Notes under the pieces: model-generated
Databases searched by the model: none
What the model was told of the DNA's origin: nothing
Seen by the model: the letters and a program-made list of their open reading frames with translations, nothing else
Made by a program: the position numbers and the translations under genes
In this document: positions 61,394-64,000 of the stretch, piece by piece
Position numbering within the stretch: the first letter of the stretch is position 1
How the letters are laid out: each line of letters begins with the position of its first letter
Assembly (NCBI GenBank): GCA_038872535.1
Contig: JAVZJY010000001.1
Coordinates: 6,108-70,107 of the forward strand
Direction of reading: 5' to 3'
Source: Candidatus Bathyarchaeia archaeon
GTDB taxonomy: Archaea > Thermoproteota > Bathyarchaeia > Bathyarchaeales > Bathycorpusculaceae
DNA length: 64,000 nt

Positions 61394-62575
61394 GTGCCTC
61401 CTTTGGTTTTAAACTTTAGCCCCGCAAATCGCCTGAAAAACCTAAAATATTCTGGAATACGCCGCTTTTTCGATATAGCCCAGAAAAAACCGAACGCTAT
61501 CAATTTAAGTGTTGGAGAACCAGATTTTATACCTCCAAAATATGCATTAGATGCTGGTTGGCAAGCCATGAAGGAGGGTAAGACACATTATACGCCCACT
61601 AATGGAATTCCTGAACTTCGAGAAGCTTTGGCGCAGAAGGCTTATCATGACTATGGGCTTAATTATGATCCAAACACTGAAATATTGGTCACTGTTGGCG
61701 GAACCGAAGCTATTTTCTTGGCGGTTGCCGGTTTGGTGAATCCTGGCGATGAGGTGCTTATTCCAAATCCTGGATTTGTTTGTTATGAGCCGAGCGTCCT
61801 TTTGGCGGGTGGTGTTCCTGTCTCTGTTCCTTTGAGGGAGGAGAATTCTTTTAAGCCGTCCATTGAGGATGTGATTTCATGTATCACGAAAAAGTCACGT
61901 GTGATGATACTGAATTATCCAAACAATCCTACGGGTGCCGTTCTTTCCCATGATGAGGCGGCTTCTCTTGCGAAAATTGCTGTTGAACATGATATGATTG
62001 TGATTTCAGATGAGGTTTACGAGAAAATAGTTTATGATGACGTTAAGCATAGTTGCTTTGCAACTTTTCCTGGAATGCGCGAGCGCACCCTTGTCGTTAA
62101 TTCTTTCTCTAAAACCTATGCAATGACAGGTTTGCGTGTTGGATACATTTATGGACCAAAAGAGCTTATTTCCTCCCTCTGGCTTGTTCACCAGTACACG
62201 GTTGCTTGTGTAGACACTCTAGCGCAATATGTTGCCTTAGCAGCATTGAAGGGATCACAAGCCTTTGTTAAGGATATGGTGCAAGAGTTTGACAGGCGAA
62301 GACGATTGATCCATAAAAGACTCATGGAGGTTGGAGGTTTTAATTGTAGCCTCCCGAAAGGAGCGTTTTACGTTTTTCCAAGCGTAAAGAATTTTGGCAT
62401 GAGTTCAGAAAAATTTGCTGAGTTTCTTGTGAATGAGGCTAGTGTTGTGACCGTTCCAGGATCTGCTTTTGGCGTTCACGGTGAAGGTTACCTAAGAATT
62501 TCTTATGCTGCTGCATATGAGAAGTTGGAGGAAGCGCTGAATCGCATAGAAAGGGCTGTTACGAAGATTAGATAG
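61394..62575 (+). CDS. Class I/II pyridoxal-phosphate aminotransferase (aspartate aminotransferase-like)
   Basis: 393 aa with a GTG start. The PLP lysine motif SFSKTYAMTGLRVGY is present, along with the NPTG and GEPDF motifs. Confidence 0.9.
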   Translation: MPPLVLNFSPANRLKNLKYSGIRRFFDIAQKKPNAINLSVGEPDFIPPKYALDAGWQAMKEGKTHYTPTNGIPELREALAQKAYHDYGLNYDPNTEILVTVGGTEAIFLAVAGLVNPGDEVLIPNPGFVCYEPSVLLAGGVPVSVPLREENSFKPSIEDVISCITKKSRVMILNYPNNPTGAVLSHDEAASLAKIAVEHDMIVISDEVYEKIVYDDVKHSCFATFPGMRERTLVVNSFSKTYAMTGLRVGYIYGPKELISSLWLVHQYTVACVDTLAQYVALAALKGSQAFVKDMVQEFDRRRRLIHKRLMEVGGFNCSLPKGAFYVFPSVKNFGMSSEKFAEFLVNEASVVTVPGSAFGVHGEGYLRISYAAAYEKLEEALNRIERAVTKIR

Positions 62576-62581
62576 ACTATT

Positions 62582-63430
62582 TTACAAGTTTTCTGCATGC
62601 TTTTTCAGTTCGTCGAAAAGTTCTGGGCGCAAATCCCTAAGTGTGGGGACAAAAGTTTCTACGGGCTTTATGTCCGCATAATCTACATCGCACATCACAA
62701 TGTCCTCCTCGTCATATTTTGCTTGAGCTAAAACTTTTCCATTAGGTCCCACAAGTCTACTTCCTCCCCAAAACTGTAATCCATCTTCTATGCCGACAAG
62801 GTTAACATAAGCCAAGAAAGCCGTGTTTTCTATAGCCCTTGCTACTGTTAGCGCTTCAAAAAATGCTCTTCTGACGGCTGGAGATGCAGAGATGCAAACT
62901 ATTAATTGGGCTCCTTTTAGTCGTGTCAGCCGGCTTACTTCTGGAAAAAATATGTCATAACATACGATTAAGCCTATTTTCCCAATTTTTGTTTCAAATG
63001 ATGTTACGTGATATCCTGCACGGAAATATCTTTTCTCTTCAAAGACACTGTGGGTTGGAAGATACATCTTTCTATATTTCCCTATGAAACCTTCTGGGCC
63101 TACGAGAACTGCTGCATTATAAAGTGTAGCTTTGGTCTTTTCACTTAATTCCGGCATGCCGAAAATGATGTATGTTTTTGTTTTTCTGGCTATGCCTTCC
63201 ATGGCTTTTACTGAAGGCCCAGGTATTGTCTCTGCTAACTCGTATATTTGATCTCTAACCACATAGCCTGTCAGTGAAAGTTCTGGAAAAATTACAAGGT
63301 CTGCGCCTTGTTTTTTAGCTTTATTTGTGATTTTTTCCATTTTCTTTATGTTTTCTTTTTTGTCTCCGCATTTGCAGCTGATCTGTGCTAGGGACAGTTT
63401 AATTTTGCCTTTCATTTTTGCTGCTTCCAT
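62582..63430 (-). CDS. Carbon-nitrogen hydrolase (nitrilase superfamily)
   Basis: 282 aa with catalytic-triad contexts FPELSLTGY, YRKMYLP and LIVCYDIFFPE. Confidence 0.85.
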   Translation of the reverse strand: MEAAKMKGKIKLSLAQISCKCGDKKENIKKMEKITNKAKKQGADLVIFPELSLTGYVVRDQIYELAETIPGPSVKAMEGIARKTKTYIIFGMPELSEKTKATLYNAAVLVGPEGFIGKYRKMYLPTHSVFEEKRYFRAGYHVTSFETKIGKIGLIVCYDIFFPEVSRLTRLKGAQLIVCISASPAVRRAFFEALTVARAIENTAFLAYVNLVGIEDGLQFWGGSRLVGPNGKVLAQAKYDEEDIVMCDVDYADIKPVETFVPTLRDLRPELFDELKKHAENL

Positions 63431-63437
63431 TAAAGGG

Positions 63438-64000
63438 TTAATGGAAATTGCGTGGAAGTCTGAAATCCGCTCCCACCGTTCTATACTCCAGCTTAGGTGT
63501 TAATAACATTCTCCTTTTATGTTCCATGGAAAGCCATCGTCTTTTGATATTTTCCACAAGCTCCTCTTCTATATCTAATTGTTTGGCAATTTCCTTTGTT
63601 TCCATAAAATGTTCAAGTCCGTAAAGGATGAGGTCAAGAGTTTCATATTTTATGCCAAGTTCTGTTTCCGCCAGTTGCCCAGGCCATAAAGCAGGGGATG
63701 GGGGTTTTGTCAAGATTTCTTTTGGAATACCTATGTGTTGGGCAAGTTTTCGCACTTGTGTTTTATATAAGTCCATTATTGGCGATATGTCGGCTGCCAC
63801 GTCTCCCCATTTTGTGAAGTAGCCCATCATTGTTTCTGATTTGTCTGAGCTTCCACATACGAGCATGCTAAGTCTGTTAGCAAAATAATAAATGTAAATC
63901 ATTCGAGTTCTTGCTTTTATATTTCCTTTGCACACTTTATCAGTTGGGTCAAACTCTGGTATGGATTTGTAGAATGCTTCTAAAGTTGATGTAATGTCTA
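63438..64000 (-). CDS. nadE: NAD+ synthetase (NadE), 5'-truncated by the window edge
   Basis: The frame stays open to position 64000 (...ITSTLEAFYKSIPEFDPTDKVCKGNIKARTRM...). Motifs: SDKSETMMGYFTKWGD and DLYKTQVR. Confidence 0.85.
   Translation of the reverse strand, partial: DITSTLEAFYKSIPEFDPTDKVCKGNIKARTRMIYIYYFANRLSMLVCGSSDKSETMMGYFTKWGDVAADISPIMDLYKTQVRKLAQHIGIPKEILTKPPSPALWPGQLAETELGIKYETLDLILYGLEHFMETKEIAKQLDIEEELVENIKRRWLSMEHKRRMLLTPKLEYRTVGADFRLPRNFH

Noticed and set aside
1-64000. CRISPR arrays, rRNA genes, intact transposases or integrases
   Set aside because: I scanned the non-coding gaps and the ORF translations. I found no regularly spaced 25-40-bp repeats, no long GC-rich structured non-coding stretch, and no DDE, tyrosine or serine recombinase motifs. 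The only mobile-DNA signals are the two tRNA-end direct repeats reported above.

Overview
This is a densely coded archaeal chromosomal window. It looks AT-rich by eye, and many genes are preceded by GGAGG/GGTGA Shine-Dalgarno motifs. All family calls come from motif and architecture recognition in the supplied translations. No similarity search was run.

Housekeeping content:
- Ribosomal genes: the L3-L4-L23-L2-S19 block, plus S6e, S24e and S27ae.
- Translation and transcription: aIF2-gamma, Rpo7/RpoE', Spt4, ArgRS and class I LysRS.
- Replication: PolD small subunit and Orc1/Cdc6, with an adjacent AT-rich region carrying ORB-like boxes (probable oriC).
- Metabolism and other: two deoxyhypusine synthase paralogues, DeoC, thymidylate kinase, the AcnX-type phosphomevalonate dehydratase pair, Fae-Hps, an SAH/MTA deaminase next to AhcY, an MgtA-type P-type ATPase, a TIP49/RuvB-like ATPase, threonine synthase, M32 carboxypeptidase, and NadE next to a CN-hydrolase.
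- RNA genes: three tRNAs, namely Arg-GCG, Glu-UUC and an intron-containing Ser-CGA.

Most interesting signals:
1. A tightly coupled five-gene minus-strand operon at 13381-17347. It encodes a zinc-ribbon protein, a 4-TM protein, a basic-N/acidic-C helical protein, a zinc-ribbon paralogue, and a YdjI-like SPFH protein with three zinc ribbons. It resembles a PspA-less archaeal counterpart of the Bacillus pspA-ydjGHI membrane-stress module, and may carry a new ESCRT-III/PspA-like subunit.
2. Two integrase-less mini-islands, each bounded by a direct repeat of a tRNA 3' end. The tRNA-Glu island carries a relBE-like pair. The tRNA-Ser island carries a radical SAM enzyme plus an untracked 37-aa highly basic peptide gene.
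3. An origin-adjacent trio of DNA-binding proteins, with a repeat-rich intergenic region between two of its genes.
4. An archaeal pentameric ligand-gated ion channel homologue.
5. A GCS2 / ATP-grasp amidoligase cluster.
6. An apparent HTH extension on Fae-Hps.

No CRISPR array, rRNA gene or intact transposase/integrase was seen.
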